Notes: a model not told the origin generated them from the letters alone. A stretch of 64,000 nt of DNA from an uncultured Spirochaetota bacterium (GCA_963781885.1 CAWAHW010000006.1:160001-224000); one strand, 5' to 3'; shown: positions 38,695-52,376, counted from the stretch's first letter. Program-made: numbers and translations.

Positions 38695-41600
38695 GCGTTG
38701 TAGCTTGCGCTTTCGTTGTTGAGGTAATTACGCCAGTATTCATACTGACCCGGTTTCCGATTCCAGTAGTCGTTGGCATTAATAACTTTCGACAAGTAGT
38801 CTGAACTATAAGACAGACTTTTCTGTGCGGATATGTCATAAGCGTTCTCAAGATTGACCTTTCTCAGCAATTCCTTGTCAAATGCATCTCCTGCAGTGAA
38901 TTCAGGTGGCAGATCCCAGAATCTCTTTCTTTGCGCATCGAACATCCCAGGGTCTTCTTGTACAAACTGCATGACCTTCGCTCCGGGAGACCCATCGATG
39001 CCCTGGCCAACGACCAATTCTTTCGACTGGATGCCACCAAAGAAGTACTGCTTTACCAAATCATCCGGGGTCCCCATCTTTATGAACTCCGCCATTACAA
39101 CGTACCGCTCCTTGGCCGCGTCTTGAATTTGTCCGATGGTCTCAGGGTCATACGCAATATTCTGGGTATTCAATGGAACTCCCAAGGCATCCGCTTTGCT
39201 GAATACTGCTTTGTCCATGTTCTCCATGCCTTTAATGCCCTTCATCATCTCGGGCAAATTCGCCTCCAAACTGTCGTACAAGTCTCTCCCACTGGCGACA
39301 AAGTCCTCCGCAGCCAATCCCGTGAGCATCGCAGCTCCGAACGAGCTCTTTTCCCACAAGTTCTCTTTCATAACCGACGCAGGGTTCACCATGTCGAGAA
39401 GGACTTCCGCCCCGCTCACGCCAGCTTTGATACCCTGAGACAGCGCACTCCCCATAAGGATCATGCTAATCAGACCTTGCGCGGGGTTGTAGTCACGCTC
39501 GTCAAAGATGTCCTTCCCCGTCCGATTAGCATACCACCATTCTGACAACTGCCCACCGCTAATAGTATCCGCAGCATCAGCAAAACCGCCAGTTGAAAGC
39601 TTCAGGGCTGGCCCTAAAAGTCCCTTCCACGCCGAGTCCCAAAGGTTATCTGGCACTATGCCAACCGGGTCGTTGCTTCCTTCATTTCCACTGAATTTAG
39701 CATGCTCTTCGCCCCCGGCACCGATCTCCCAGTTGCCAGCAACCATTGCTTGTCTGGCGATGCTATTGCTAAAAGCCGAATCACTTACACCCCATGCCTT
39801 GCTAATTGTGTACATCGCGTCCATTTGCATGATGTATGCAATGCCCTCAACACGATTGCCAGAAGCATGTGTTCCCTCATGACTAAGGACCGAAGCCATC
39901 TCGGCAGCGCCCAGTGCTCCCTTTGCGTTCAACATGTCGGCATTAAGGGTGATGGTATTCGGCGATTCGGTAGAATACGATCCCCACTCGTTCTGCGCCA
40001 TCTGACTACTGAATTGCACGGCCAGGTCCCGAGAGAATATCCTCTGGGCAACATTCCAGTTTTGCTCGCTGTCGGTGTATCCAAGCCCGTTGACGGCGTT
40101 CAGCACCGCCCTGTCATCCGAACTCCCGTATTTCCACTTCGATATCGCGGCGCTTTCAGAAACTCCTTGTATCGCGCTTGCGATGTTTCCCAAGCTGAAG
40201 TCAGCCCCGCCGGTTCCCAAATTCATGCTGAATCCATTTGAGCCTCCCAGATGCATTTCCAAAAGCCCGTTTTGCACGATCTCCCCATCAGCGCCTTTGA
40301 TCCCAAGCATGCTGAAGTTTGCGACGTTTAGAGTTGCCTCTCCTGTCATTCCGTATTGGATCCCGGCCGAGACCGCACTTCCCATTAGTCCATTGAAGCT
40401 CTGAATGCTCTGCGTATCGAATACATGTCCGTTGAGTGTGATTCCGTTGCCGTCTTTGAGGTTCCACTGCCCGAGACTACTACTTGTTGCTGTGCTAGCC
40501 ATCCCTCCCAGATATCCCGCCAGCGCTTGCTGGCCTACCACTGATTGCGCAAACGCCTGGCCGTCGAATCCAAATCCTTTATTGCTGGAGTAGGTTATGT
40601 TATTGATCAGCCCCTGGCCCATGTTTGTCGTAAAGCCTTGAGCGCCGCTCCATATGGTCTTGCCGATTATCCCGCTCAGCCCACCCACGGCGTCCAGGCC
40701 CTTCGTGACCGTGTCCCCCAATCCCCCCATGGCCATGCTGAATGCCGTGCTGAGTATGTCCTTGCCAAGGCTCACCAGACCTTCGCCCAACGACATCTGC
40801 CTGTTGGCCAGATCGGCCACGGTGAAGAGACCTTTCTCCACCAGCCCTGCGATCGCAGCTCCCGCCGGCCCGGCGATCACCGTCCCCACCACCGAGACGC
40901 CGATATCTGCCACGCTGCGCAGGGTCGGCGCCTTTACCCAGGAGTTGCGGTCATCCCAGAGCTTCTGATCGTAAGCGGGGCGGGCCGCCATCGCCCAGCC
41001 CATGCCTGCCTTCATCTGGCTCCACATGAAGGGGGTCAGCACTCTGCCGAGCTCGCCGCTGCCCGTGGCGCTCAGGTATTTGCTGTATTCAGTCTCTTCG
41101 GCAGTGGCGTCGAGGTTCTCCGATTCCATTTTGGGGGCGATCCCAACGTAGAGCCCGAACTTGCCGGCCCCAATGCTTGCGGCGGTACTTGACGCGTCGC
41201 GCCTGGTTGACTCCCTGACGGTCGTCACCTGCGACGTGTGGCGGTTTCCCTCTGAATCTACTGTCGAAACGGTGTCAGTCACCTCAGTATGAACCGTGAC
41301 ATTTTTCCAGGAGGTGATTTCCGTCGTCCCTGTGTCACCTTGTTTGCCGAAGATTCCTTCCAGCTGACCCCGCATGTCCTTGATCGCCAGCTCCACCTGC
41401 GCCTGGATTCCGGCGGCGGAGAGCTGCAACAAGGTTGCGTCACTGAGATCGACTTTCGAGGCAATTTCCGCATCAGGCACAAAAGGCCTGTATGCCGGCA
41501 CGACGTGCGTTTCCGTCAGCGGACCGTTTATCGTCGAATCAACGACGGTCTGGCGTTGGAAATCACCACCGCTCCTGACGAATCCCGCCTCAAGCAAGCT

Positions 41601-44600
41601 TCTCTCCAAACCATCGGCAACGCTCTGATTGGCGTCGTCGATTTGTCGGTTCATCTCCACCGCGGCATCGGCGACCGCCTTGCGTGCTTCGGCAGCCGTG
41701 ATCATCAGGACGTGCTTGTCGATCTCTTCCATGCTCAGGCCGTTCATTTCTCTGATGAGGCTGAGGACGTGCGAGCTGTCAAAGACGTCAGGTCCGAGCT
41801 GGGCGAAGACCACGGAGCCTGCGCTGCTGATCCCCCGGTTGAGCAGCTTCCCGCTTGCCAGCAGGCTCGCAAAATCCTTGCCCTCAAGAATTCCCGCCAC
41901 CGCCGCGCGGGCGTCCGGCGCGGAAATCCCCAGATCGCTCACCACAATGCTTCTTGCATCCCTGATCGCGCCTTCGGCACTCTGGCCGAGCTGGCCAAGA
42001 ACGGCTTCGGAGCCGATTGAAGCCGCCTTCGTTGCCGCGTCCTGAACCCACCCGGCCTTGCCGGTCTCGAGCTTGGCATACGAGGCATCCCAGGCCGCCG
42101 CGCGATCCTGATAAGCCGTGGCGAAAGCGCTCTGCCAGTTTGTATGCTGCGTCTCAAGGGCGTCAAATGCCGTCTCCCATTGGGTCTCGGCTCGTTTCAG
42201 GATGGTCTCCATTGAAGCCTGCCACTGGCTCTGTTGGGTTTGCAGGTCCTCCTGCATCAACGCCCAGCGCTGCTCCTGGACCGCCATGTAGCTTTTCATC
42301 CGGTCCTGCCATAGCGCGGCAAGCGCCTGACCTTGAGAGCTCAGAAGATCCTGCTGGGCCCGATCAAGCTCAGGGTGTTTGCGCGGGTCTACTTCAGCCT
42401 GAAGCGACTGCTCAAGACCCAAGAGTCGATTCACATGATCGGAGGTTCGATATGCGGGATTGAGGTAGGCGCGCCGTGCGGCCTCCTGGAGCGCCGTCTC
42501 TGCGGCACGATAGGCATCCGATGGATGCTCGGGATCTGCCAAAGGGACTTGGCGGAGATCGTTGAGCGCTTTCTGATACGCCTGCTCGTTCGCAAGCTGC
42601 GTTGCCGCCAAGGCGCCGGCGCCTTGTTCGAGATCGGCGCTCGCGGCTTCACGTCTGGTCTGCGCGTCATAGAGCATGTCATTGAGGGCCGTCGCGGCGT
42701 CAGTTGCCGGGTGCGCCGCACTCGTCGCGGAACCGAGGTAGCGATCGATGAGCCCGGGAAGGTCCAACCTCTGCGACGGATCGGCTATTCCGGTATTCGC
42801 AAGGGCGAGAATATCCGCCAGGTCCTGCTTGCTCACTGCCGCGAGTATCGCGCTCGTGATTGCTGTGGTCGTTACCGCCGCTCCAGAGGTGCGACCAAGC
42901 ATGGCATCAAGAGTAGCTATCTCATTGTCCAGATTCGCCCGCAATCTCGAATACCCGCCGCTTCCCACGGTTGCATCTGAAAGAGCCTGGGCAGCCGTGG
43001 TCACGAGTCCGCTGGTGCCGAATGCATTCGTAATCTGGGTATTCAGATTTGTCTGGTAGTCATTATCAACCGTGGCCATGTGTCTTTGGTTGCCCGACTC
43101 GATTCCCAAACCTATCGCCAAAGCGTCAAGCATCGCGGCCGCAGCCCAACCACCAGGAATTGCCCAGAAGAAGAGGGAAGACAAGTAATACCCTGTGGCA
43201 ACTGATGCAGCAGTTTGTGCCGCGGCCTTGTGCGTTTGCTCTTGCTTCTCAAGCAGGTCCACCAGATACTGCTTCGCGTCGGCGACGTAGCTGCTCTTGA
43301 GCATGTCGGAATTGGCGTGGGATTGGTTGCTCGTCATACCCAGGATATTCATTGCGATGAAGAACTCGTAGAGATTCTTCTGCTGCGCGTCACTCATAAT
43401 ATTGTTGTACGCGTCCAGTCCTCGGGTCCTGAACTCCTGCGTATCATAGTCGACGCCATCTGGGACGCTGTTCTGTAATGACCTGGCCCTCATTGACTTG
43501 ATATGTTGCGAACAGTTTCTTGATGTCCTTGTCTCCTGACCCGGAAGGATTGATGACCGAAATCTGGTATTGAAACGCGAGGCCCCAGTTTTCAATGAAA
43601 TCGGTGTGATGGTCGGTGATATACGCTGCCATCTCTCTCAACCAGGTCTCTCGATCCGACGCATAAGTGTGGGAAGCTTTGCCGGTGAGATAGTCCTTCA
43701 ACGCGCTCTGCTGTGCAGCCGTGGAAGCGGTTCCGTAGCTGAAATCGGGCAAGCCTTCTGCATTGAACGTCACCTGCACGAATGCTTTTGTATTGGCCGC
43801 GCCGGCATCTGCAAACGTCACATCCCCTGGTGCGTCAACGAATAGCTCGCTAATCTTGGAGTCCAGCGCGTCTTGCGCGTCGGCGACTTTCTGTTGCTGT
43901 TTCGCCGTGGCAGAGCCCAGGAGCGACGACAACCTCTCGAAAGCAAGATATGCGCCGTACTGTTCTTGGTACTGCTCGAAGGCGTTGCGATATGCGACTT
44001 GTTCCGGACCATTGCCCTGCGCAAAGTCGGCCGGTTGATCGGTGCCGCCGTACAGGCTGCGCAAAGCATCGAGGGCGGCCTGCGCCCGCAGAAGCCCGGC
44101 CTTGGCTGCGGTGACACGTTGGTCGGGATCCACGGCGAGACTCGCGGAATCCTGTCCATCGGATCCTTCGGGCGCGCTCGTCACCTGACCGGTACTTGTA
44201 TCGAGATAGCCGGTTGATGCAAAGGTTGTAATGGCCTCGGCTTTCTGCAGCTCGAAACGCGCCGTCTCCAGACCCGCGGCGGCGTCCCGCGCCTGACTGT
44301 AAAGCCCATCATAGGTGCCGCTTGTTGCGGAGAAAGCCGCCACGGCGGCAGTGTAAGCTGTGTTCAAGGAATCCCGTGCAGCAACCAATTGGTCCAACTT
44401 GTCTTTGAGCGGCGCGGCCGCTGCCGCCGAGCTTTTCTGGCCATCTATCAAGCGCTGCGAGAGGGCCGAGCCAAGGAGGGATATCTGTCGTTTCAGCGAT
44501 GCAATCGACGCCTGGAGGCCATTCAAGACACGGGTCGAAGAGTCTACCGCGGCCTTTGCTGCTCCGGTTGCATCGAAGCTGTTGAGCTGAATCCCTTCCC

Positions 44601-47600
44601 AATCGGCAAGAAGTGCGGAGGAACGTCCGCTGCTTGCGTCGGCGAAAACTGGAGACAGAGTGGTTGAAAAAGCATTCAGCCGGGATCGATCCATGCTCCG
44701 GTCCGCGGCCACCGTCGTATTGAATCGCTCTGCCTGCCCTCGAAACTGATTTGTCGCTTCCAGGACTGCATTCTCATAAAGCGGTCCTGGGGTGCCCGAT
44801 CCAGCGCCGACCCCCGGTGCAACCTCATAAATCCCCGCGGCATCGTCGACCTGCGTCGTCACCTGACCGGCCGACGTTGCGGGAGCAAGATGCTGTTCTG
44901 TATTATCCTTATCCGTCGCATCATCGCTTTTGACTTGCATGAGAAGGTCGCTGAGGTAGGCACGGTATGCGAGGGGTGAGCCCGCCATCCCGCCAGCGAG
45001 GTCTTCCGCCTGCTTCTCAAAGCTCAGGCGCGCTGCCAGACCCGGCTGCGCGTGCGTCATGGCGGTGAGATCCTTGACGAGGATGTTTGAGATGTAGTCC
45101 AGGGCAGTCTTTGTCTGAGCGGATTGATTTTCGGCCGTCTTGTCGATGATGTCATTCGCGGAAGCGCTCAACGGGGAGGCGAAAACAGGGTCCTGCCACG
45201 CCTTCATTGAGGCAAGGGCTCCGTCCCTTACCGCGATTGTGAATGAATCCGTTCCCGCGCGCTCGGCGCCGTATGGAACGGGACCTGATTCCGCCGCGGC
45301 CACATAGCCGTTCTCAAGCGAATAGTCCGTTTGAAACGCCTGGGTCTGCTCCCGGACTGAAGGCGACACGCTGCCTGCGTCGGCATCCGTCTTTTTGCCC
45401 GCAAGTATCTTTCGCTTTAGGATCCACAAGGCAGCCTCGGGTGAGCCGAGGAGCAGGAGGAGAGCGTCTGTCGAAGGCGGCGGCGTATCATTCGAGCCAT
45501 CGGCAGACTTGATGAGGGAGTCGATTGCCGAAGGGCAGCCGACGCCAGAGATGGACAGCATCCATCCGGCGAGATCGACCCGCTCCGCCTCGTCGATTGA
45601 CAATTGCGCCAGATCGTAGTTGAGACCAAGCGCAAGCGCTTTTTCGTTGGCATCGATCCCCACCCTTCCCGAGAGATTGGTCGAGACGATGGCCGAGGCC
45701 CGGTCACGGCCGGCGTCCGAAAGTGCCTGCTGAGCGAACCACGCTTCCCGAGCAGCAGAGCCGAGCGTGCGAAGGCTGTCCTCATATCCTCGCGCGACGT
45801 CGAGTCCCTTCAGGCTGCCCGAGAGATAGCGCCCACGGAAGAGCTCGCGCCAATTGCCCTGCGCGTCCGCGTTGCCGTTGCACGCAAGGTAGCCCTGGGT
45901 GTAGAGACGCGCCAGCTCGAAGCTCCTGTCGGTCGAATCGCCATTCAGAGCGATGCCGTTCTCCGTCATGGTCGCCAGGTAATCGTTCAAAGAGGCATTC
46001 ACGCCGGCGGATGTTCCCGCGCTCAACACGGCCTGTTCGGCCGCCGTCATCGACTGGTCAATGAGCACCTCTTTCAGGAGCCCGAAGTCGCAGCCTGTCA
46101 GGCCATCGTCGGCAAGACCGCCGCAGACCGCGGCCAGAAGATCTGCCGCTGCGACGACCTTGAAGCTCGTCGTGGTTGAAAGAGCGGACAGGGTGCTCCC
46201 GTCCAGTTCGCCGCGAAGGAGCTGAAGCCAGGAATCCCTTCGGGAGTTCACGTCGACGGTCCCCGTCGCTCCGCGGAAAAGATCGAGATAAGCTCCCATG
46301 AATGAAGACAGCACGGACGAGTCGGCATCCGGATGCGAGGCGATGTAGGCGCGCGCGGCGCCTTGCGCCTTTTGCTCGTCATAGCTTTGACCGTCGATGG
46401 CAGCGTCTATGGCCGCCTTCATTCCCGCCGCATTGAAGTACCGTGACAGAAGCGAATGTTCCGTCGGCGTCGATGAAAGGAAGGATCGATTGATTCCCGT
46501 ATATGCCGTTGCCATCGCGGCATTCGATTCGATGGAGGCTTCGAGCAACGGAATCTCCTGATCGAATGCGAGCGAGGTCTTTTTCCCGCCGTAGTAGGTG
46601 CTCAGCAGGTACTCATTCCACGACGCGGCGTCAATGCCCTGCGCGCCCCATCGAGCGGAAAGGGAAGAATCAATCGAATGAAGCACGGAAAGTTGCGTGG
46701 CTCCTGTCGCGACGAGGACATCGCGGCTGCCGTCATCTTTCGCTCCGGCAAACCAGGCGGGGCTGTACGTGTTCCACACGGCGTTCGCATACTCCGTGCA
46801 TACATCCTCTCCCAGTGCATTCCAGTCAGCGTGCGACGGGTCGGTGAGCGCCGCGACCCGAAGAAGGAGAGAGGCCGTTTCTGTTTCCAGAGAGCTCCTG
46901 ATCCCCGCCACAAGAGGCGCGATCCAAGGGTCTCCCACGAGCTCGCGCAGCCCATCTGAGGACAGGAAGGCGCTCACGGCGCTATGGATGGCGGTGGAAT
47001 CGGGGGCAACGCTGCCGCATTCCCCGATCAGGGATCGGGCGATGCCGACCGCGGACTGGGCGACGAAACGCGCGCTCACGTCGCCGGCGGAAAGGGAAAC
47101 AGCGAGCCCGACGGAAGAATCGAATCCGCCTGTGCCTTGAATCGTTTGGACGTCGCGAAGAACCAGTAGCAGTGACACGGGGTCATTGGCGGTGCTCTCC
47201 GCATTGCCTTGCAGCTTTGCGAGGTCCTCCTGGAGGCTCTCCATGCGGTCGGAAAGACGGCCCAGCGCGCCTTGCGTCTCTTGCGATGCCCCGACGGCGC
47301 CGCCGAGATTCACCACGTGCAGCGCGAACAGATCACTCAGGGATTGGAGCAGGGATTGGAGCTGGGCGGCAACCGGCTGGGGAAGATTCAACGACACGGA
47401 TGCAATGCCATCCTCCACCTGCTGCAGCCACGTCTCCACGAACGCCGCGTTCGGGTGCGCGCTCCAGATGTCGCGCCACACATCCTCGGGGTTGCGGAAG
47501 ACAACCGTGTCCGCCGATGCGGCAGTGGCAATTCCGCGCTCAACGAGGAGAACCTGTGCCTGGGAGATCGCTTGGCGCGCGAGCCCTTCCCGCACCGCGG

Positions 47601-50487
47601 GGGCGACAGCCGCGTCCTTTGTCATGAGAGAGGCGATGGAGCCTCGCGGCGCGTCCGAAGGGGATGCCCCCCCAAGCACCAGAGAACCGTAGTCTGCTCC
47701 TGCAAAAGCGAACATGCTCGATCCTGAGAGGAATTGGCGCGCGAGCTCGTCACTTTCCGCCAGGTTCCTGATCTCAGCTCCATGGGCCGTCAGGTCCGGG
47801 TTTGACGAATGCAGGACTGCTTCCATCACATCGATGATTTTCTGGAGAGCGGCCGACCTGCGCGAAGCTTCTGTTCCGAGATCTCCTGCCGAAAGGCCGG
47901 TTTCCGTCTTGAATATCGCCGAGAGGATCTGTGTCCGTGAATCAACAATATCCTTTGGCTGCGTCACCGCGGCGATCGTCTGGAAGCCGCCAACATTTAA
48001 CGGATCGGCGGCGAGAGAGTCGAGGATCTGTTTTTGCGCCGTTGCGTCGTCCAGGAACGCCTGCGCGACGGACCCCTTCGCGCACTCAATCACTTTGCCT
48101 TCCGTATCTTCAAAATCTGCGCCGACGGTGATTCCTTCGGCTGCCGCCCATGTCTGAAGGTCAGGGCTTGTCAGGAGCGCGATTTCGGCAAGGCGACATT
48201 GCAGGTCGTCCTCTCTTTGCGCGGAAAGCTGCCGAACGAATCCGACGATGCTCAGTCGCGCGAGTGCCTGCTGCTCCGGCGTCTTGTCAGAGTCTGCGTC
48301 GGAATCGTGGAACTCGAGCGTCAACTGGTTGATGACCTCAGGTGCGAGTGCCAGCGTCTCCAGCGAAGCCGTGAAAGACGCCGAATCCGTGCTGAATTTC
48401 CACTGGCTCGCTTTTCGCGCAGAGTCGGAAAGATCCTGCAGTGAGCTCTGTCCTGAGTCCGTGTCACCGAGCACGAGCTGTGACACCGTTTGCGCGGCCC
48501 CATTCACTTCTTGTTCCAGTCCCATTTCATTGACTGCAGCGAGATATTCTCCGTAGGCGACCGCTTCATTTTTCTGCATATCGTCGGCTGCAGGGCCGAG
48601 TCCGGTGTCCTTCAGCAGCTCCTGGTAGTAGCCTTGCAGCTGTTGCCGGAACGGCGTGGAATCCTTTGTGCTCCAGATGTCCAGGGTGTCCTGGTAGCTC
48701 TCCCTCGCTTCCTTGAGCTTGCCGTCGAGCTCTTGGAGTTGATCGTTGAGGTCGGCGACCTTCTGCCTGTTCGTCGGCAGGTCATTCCCGCACGCCGTGA
48801 GCGCGGCCAGCGCCTGTTGATAGGCGGTCTGCCGCGTCTGGAAAACGCGCAGCGCCTCTTCATAGCCCTGCTCCGTCTGCGCTTCGGTTGGCCGGAGGGA
48901 ACTGTTTTCATGCGCATATGCGGCGACGGCCGCCGCAATGGTGACTTGCTTTTGCCAGTAGCCTTGCGTGGCCTGGGCCGCCAGCAGTGCCACCTGGTAG
49001 TCGTCGAGATAGTGAGTATCCACCGCGTCGGTGCCAAAGATGTCCGTGTAGGAGGTGCTGCCGGGCTCGCCACCGTTGATTTCGGTCGCCGTGTCCGCGA
49101 GGAATGTCAGCGCGCTGGCATAGTACGCTTGATACGTGTCCCGAGTGCTGGTCCAGAATGCGATCTCTCCGTTCACGTCGTCGTTGGCGGTTTGCTCTTT
49201 CCAATAGGCGAGCGACGAGTCCGCCGTGCGCAAGATGTTCGCCGCTTGGCTGTATACCTGGGTGACGTTTGCAATTTGCGTGTCGAGCGATGTCGAGCGC
49301 TCATCCACGGCATGATTCAAGTCCAGCCGCGCCTGGTCTATGGCTGCCGAAAGGTCGCTCTGCTTGACTTGCCAACTCGCCTTTCCGGTGTCCAGGATGT
49401 TTCGCAGCTCGCTTTCCCACGCCACGCGCGCGGCCTGGAGCTGCTGGTACGCGTCCGCCCACTCGCGTTCCCCGGCCTGGAATTGATCGGTTACACTCTT
49501 TTCCCACTGCGCCCGCTCAATGAGCAGATCCTGCTCCGCCTTTGTCCAGCGCGCCATGCCTTTGTCGAACTCGCGGCGGAAGCTTTCCTGCCATGCCGCC
49601 GGGTCGATCGCGACCTCACCTTCCGGGGTGGCAGCATGCGACGTCGAAAGAGAATCGCGCAACGAGACCAGACCGGCGGCCATGTCCGCATTCGCTCCCG
49701 CAATGATCTGGGAAACGACGGACGTGGCGGTCTCATCTTCACTCTTTTTGCGCAGGCTCAACTGGTCGCGCGTGCGGGCGTTCAGGAAGCGCGCCTCGTC
49801 ACGCTGGAAAGCAGTGTTCAGCTCGCGCGCGTAGGCTGCCCGATATTGCGCCTCGGTCGCGGTGAACTGGCCGTCAAACGCCGTCCCTTCCGGCAAAGAC
49901 CCGAGCAGATCGGTTCGGATTGCAGCGGCATGATCGTCCCATGCGGACAGCTCGGTTTGCAGCGTTTCGGAGACCGTGGCCTCCCAATCGGCCGTGTCGG
50001 TTTCCAGGTTGGCAGTCTGGTACATCTCCGGGTCGCCTGCGGTATCGTAGATGATCCCGTTCTCATCCGTCCGGTAAAGCTTCGACAAGTCGGCCTGGAG
50101 CACCGACCGTGCGAGCGCGGCGCTCTCTGCGGGCGCTTGAGCCGAGAACGCATCCTGGATAAGCCATTGGGCGTACCGCTGTTGCAGGAGGGCGTCAAAG
50201 TCGTCCTGCACGCGATCCCGCTCGGCGCGGAGGTCGATGCCCTGATCGACAAGGGCTGCTGCGCTTGACTCCCACCTGGCGACCACGGTCTGGACGCCGA
50301 ACTGGGCGATACGCAGCCAGTCTTGCTGGGACTGCGCCCTATCCGCATAGTCGAAGTAGATCTCAAGCTGGCTGCGCTGCTGGTCTTCGAGCTTGTCGAG
50401 GCCGAGGTTTTGCGCAATTGCCGTGCCAGTGGCCCAAAGCATCGCCACAGCGGCAATGCCGGCGACGAGAATCTTGTGCCCACGCAT
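38667..50487 (-). CDS. Giant secreted protein (~3,940 aa), spirochaetal polymorphic-toxin-like; one extra base near 43470
   Basis: RBS GAGG, Sec signal MRGHKILVAGIAAVAMLWATGTAIA-Q; ORFs 43444-50574 and 38667-43595 join by a single-base shift; long coiled coils, two hydrophobic Gly/Ala segments, HEGTH motif, low-GC C-terminus. Confidence 0.75.
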
Positions 50488-50803
50488 TTTCAATCCTCTG
50501 AACGTTTTCATTTGCTCTTTCGCCAAAGCACAAACGAAGGAGCTTGTAGAAATTCGTATCACAGGTATCTGCAACCGTCAAGGATTCCAACGGGCTATCC
50601 TTGAAGAAGGAGGATTGAATATCAGCAGTTCGACTCGCAGGGGAGGAATAGATATGGAATCACCTTCGGTTCACATTTCCTCTGCGACCATGGCGTATTG
50701 GATTACGGGTGGCGTAAGAAGGGTTTGGTCCGAAGATTGTGGAAAAGACCACCAAGAATCCGGCCTTGAGCTTCTGCTGGTCTTCTTTCATTTCGCTTCT
50801 AGC

Positions 50804-51160
50804 CTACTGAGACGCTTCTTGGAGTATCTGATAAGCGTCACTTCCTTTCAGAAAGGCATTGTATTGTGCGTAGTCAAAAGCAGTCCTTCCCCAATTGTCT
50901 TTCGCTCTGCCATCTGCGCCAGCCTCCAGAAGCATCATGACGACAACAGGGTCCAAATTACTTTCGGCGGCGGCCATCAGCGGTGTCATGCCATCCAGGT
51001 CTCGAGCATTTACATCGGCTCCATGCTCTATTGCAGCCTGTATTTTCTGTGGCGTTTGGCATTTTACCAGTTCAAAAAAAACCACCGACTGCGCGTATGT
51101 CGATCCCACAGTAATCAAGAATAGAATCGTGACAAATAGCCGTTTCGAATGGGCAGACAT
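50804..51160 (-). CDS. Exported ankyrin-repeat protein
   Basis: Signal peptide (TYA-Q); GADVNARDLDGMTPLMAAA and LLEAGAD..AKDNWGRTAFDYA repeats. Confidence 0.88.
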   Translation of the reverse strand: MSAHSKRLFVTILFLITVGSTYAQSVVFFELVKCQTPQKIQAAIEHGADVNARDLDGMTPLMAAAESNLDPVVVMMLLEAGADGRAKDNWGRTAFDYAQYNAFLKGSDAYQILQEASQ

Positions 51161-51340
51161 CGCCTCACACTCCTTTCAGAGAAACCGAACCCCTGTCCAG
51201 ATGTTTTCGCCAGACGCCATTGCGACGAGATGGGTGCCGTCAGAGCAGGAGGCGATTGAAAAACGTGTCCTTGCCCTGCGGTGATTTGGCAGTCCAGACA
51301 AACGACAGAGAGGATGCGCTTCAAATAGGAGTGCGACTGA

Positions 51341-51430
51341 CTATTCTCCCCACATGGGGGCTGCAAAAAGTGGGACATCTCGAAAATCCGCGAGAATGAT
51401 CGTTATGGCCAGGGCGGGAAGCTTTTTCAT
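51341..51430 (-). pseudogene. Short remnant ORF with strong RBS and signal-peptide-like start
   Basis: AGGAGGTAAAATG then MKKLPALAITIILA..., stop after 29 codons. Confidence 0.35.
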
Positions 51431-51677
51431 TTTACCTCCTGAATATTATCAATCTTCGAAATAAGATACCACATCGCTATTATGTACAAGCAATTCTGTC
51501 AAGGCAATCGCCAGTCAAGCTCTAGCGAGAGAAAACCCCATGCACGCGAAAAAGGCCTCCTGCTGATGTGACTGGCCATTTCAAGGTGCAGGACCGGATC
51601 CACAGAATAGCTAGGTGATATAAAAATCCCACTTGCGCCGCGGTTCGAGTCGTGATATGTAGTGATCAGTCTGAAAA

Positions 51678-52373
51678 GTGAGATTTAGAAACGTGAAGTG
51701 TTGCGCGGGCTCTGCGACTTTTTCTGCCCGGATACTCCTCATTGCCGGCGCGATGTGCGCGCCTCTCATCTTGCTCGCCTGTCCGTCCCCGGGCATACCC
51801 CAAGAGGCGCTTTCACAGTACATGCAGGGCGAAGACTTCTACGTGCGGGGCCAGATTGAAGCGGGGCTTGCAATCTTCAGCCGTGTTGCGCGTCAGCAGC
51901 CGCGCTTCTATCAGGCGCGTTTCATGCAGGGCAAATCGTTGTACATGCTCAATCGGCCCGCGGAAGCCGAGCAGGTGCTCGATGATCTGCTCCGTCGCGA
52001 GCCCCGCTATCACGAGGCAAGTATCTGGCTGGCGCGAATAGAAATCCAACGTGGAGAAACGGCTGCCGCGGAAAAGGGGCTCGTGGATCTCCTGAGCTAC
52101 GATTCACAGGACGCGCGCCTGCTGTACCTCCTTGCTCTCGTGAAAACAGACCAAGGCAGGCTGCAGGAGGCCTTGACGCTCCTCGAGCGGGCAGGCGCAA
52201 CCGAGGAGGATCTCGCGCAGGTCCATCTCGAGCTCGGCCGTCTGTATTACCGGTTCGGGCTCAACGACAAGGCGCACGAGGAGCTCGCGAGGGTCCTGCT
52301 GTTCCTGCCCCCGACGAGTCCTTTGCACCGAGCCGTCGGTGAGCTGCTCTCCCAGGTCAAGGCAAAGGAGTGA
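51678..52373 (+). CDS. TPR lipoprotein
   Basis: Lipobox LILLAC; about five TPR repeats; exact start uncertain. Confidence 0.85.
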   Translation: MRFRNVKCCAGSATFSARILLIAGAMCAPLILLACPSPGIPQEALSQYMQGEDFYVRGQIEAGLAIFSRVARQQPRFYQARFMQGKSLYMLNRPAEAEQVLDDLLRREPRYHEASIWLARIEIQRGETAAAEKGLVDLLSYDSQDARLLYLLALVKTDQGRLQEALTLLERAGATEEDLAQVHLELGRLYYRFGLNDKAHEELARVLLFLPPTSPLHRAVGELLSQVKAKE

Positions 52374-52376
52374 CGC

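Noticed and set aside
48490-50268. 592-aa plus-strand ORF and similar long antisense ORFs (11410-12528, 54183-55901, 58680-59696)
   Set aside because: Antisense shadows of well-supported genes, expected from codon bias; no motifs.
38667-50487. Giant protein as T1SS/RTX substrate, tape measure, RHS or CdiA protein
   Set aside because: Has a Sec signal; no RTX, YD or haemagglutinin repeats; no ABC transporter, TpsB or tail genes nearby.
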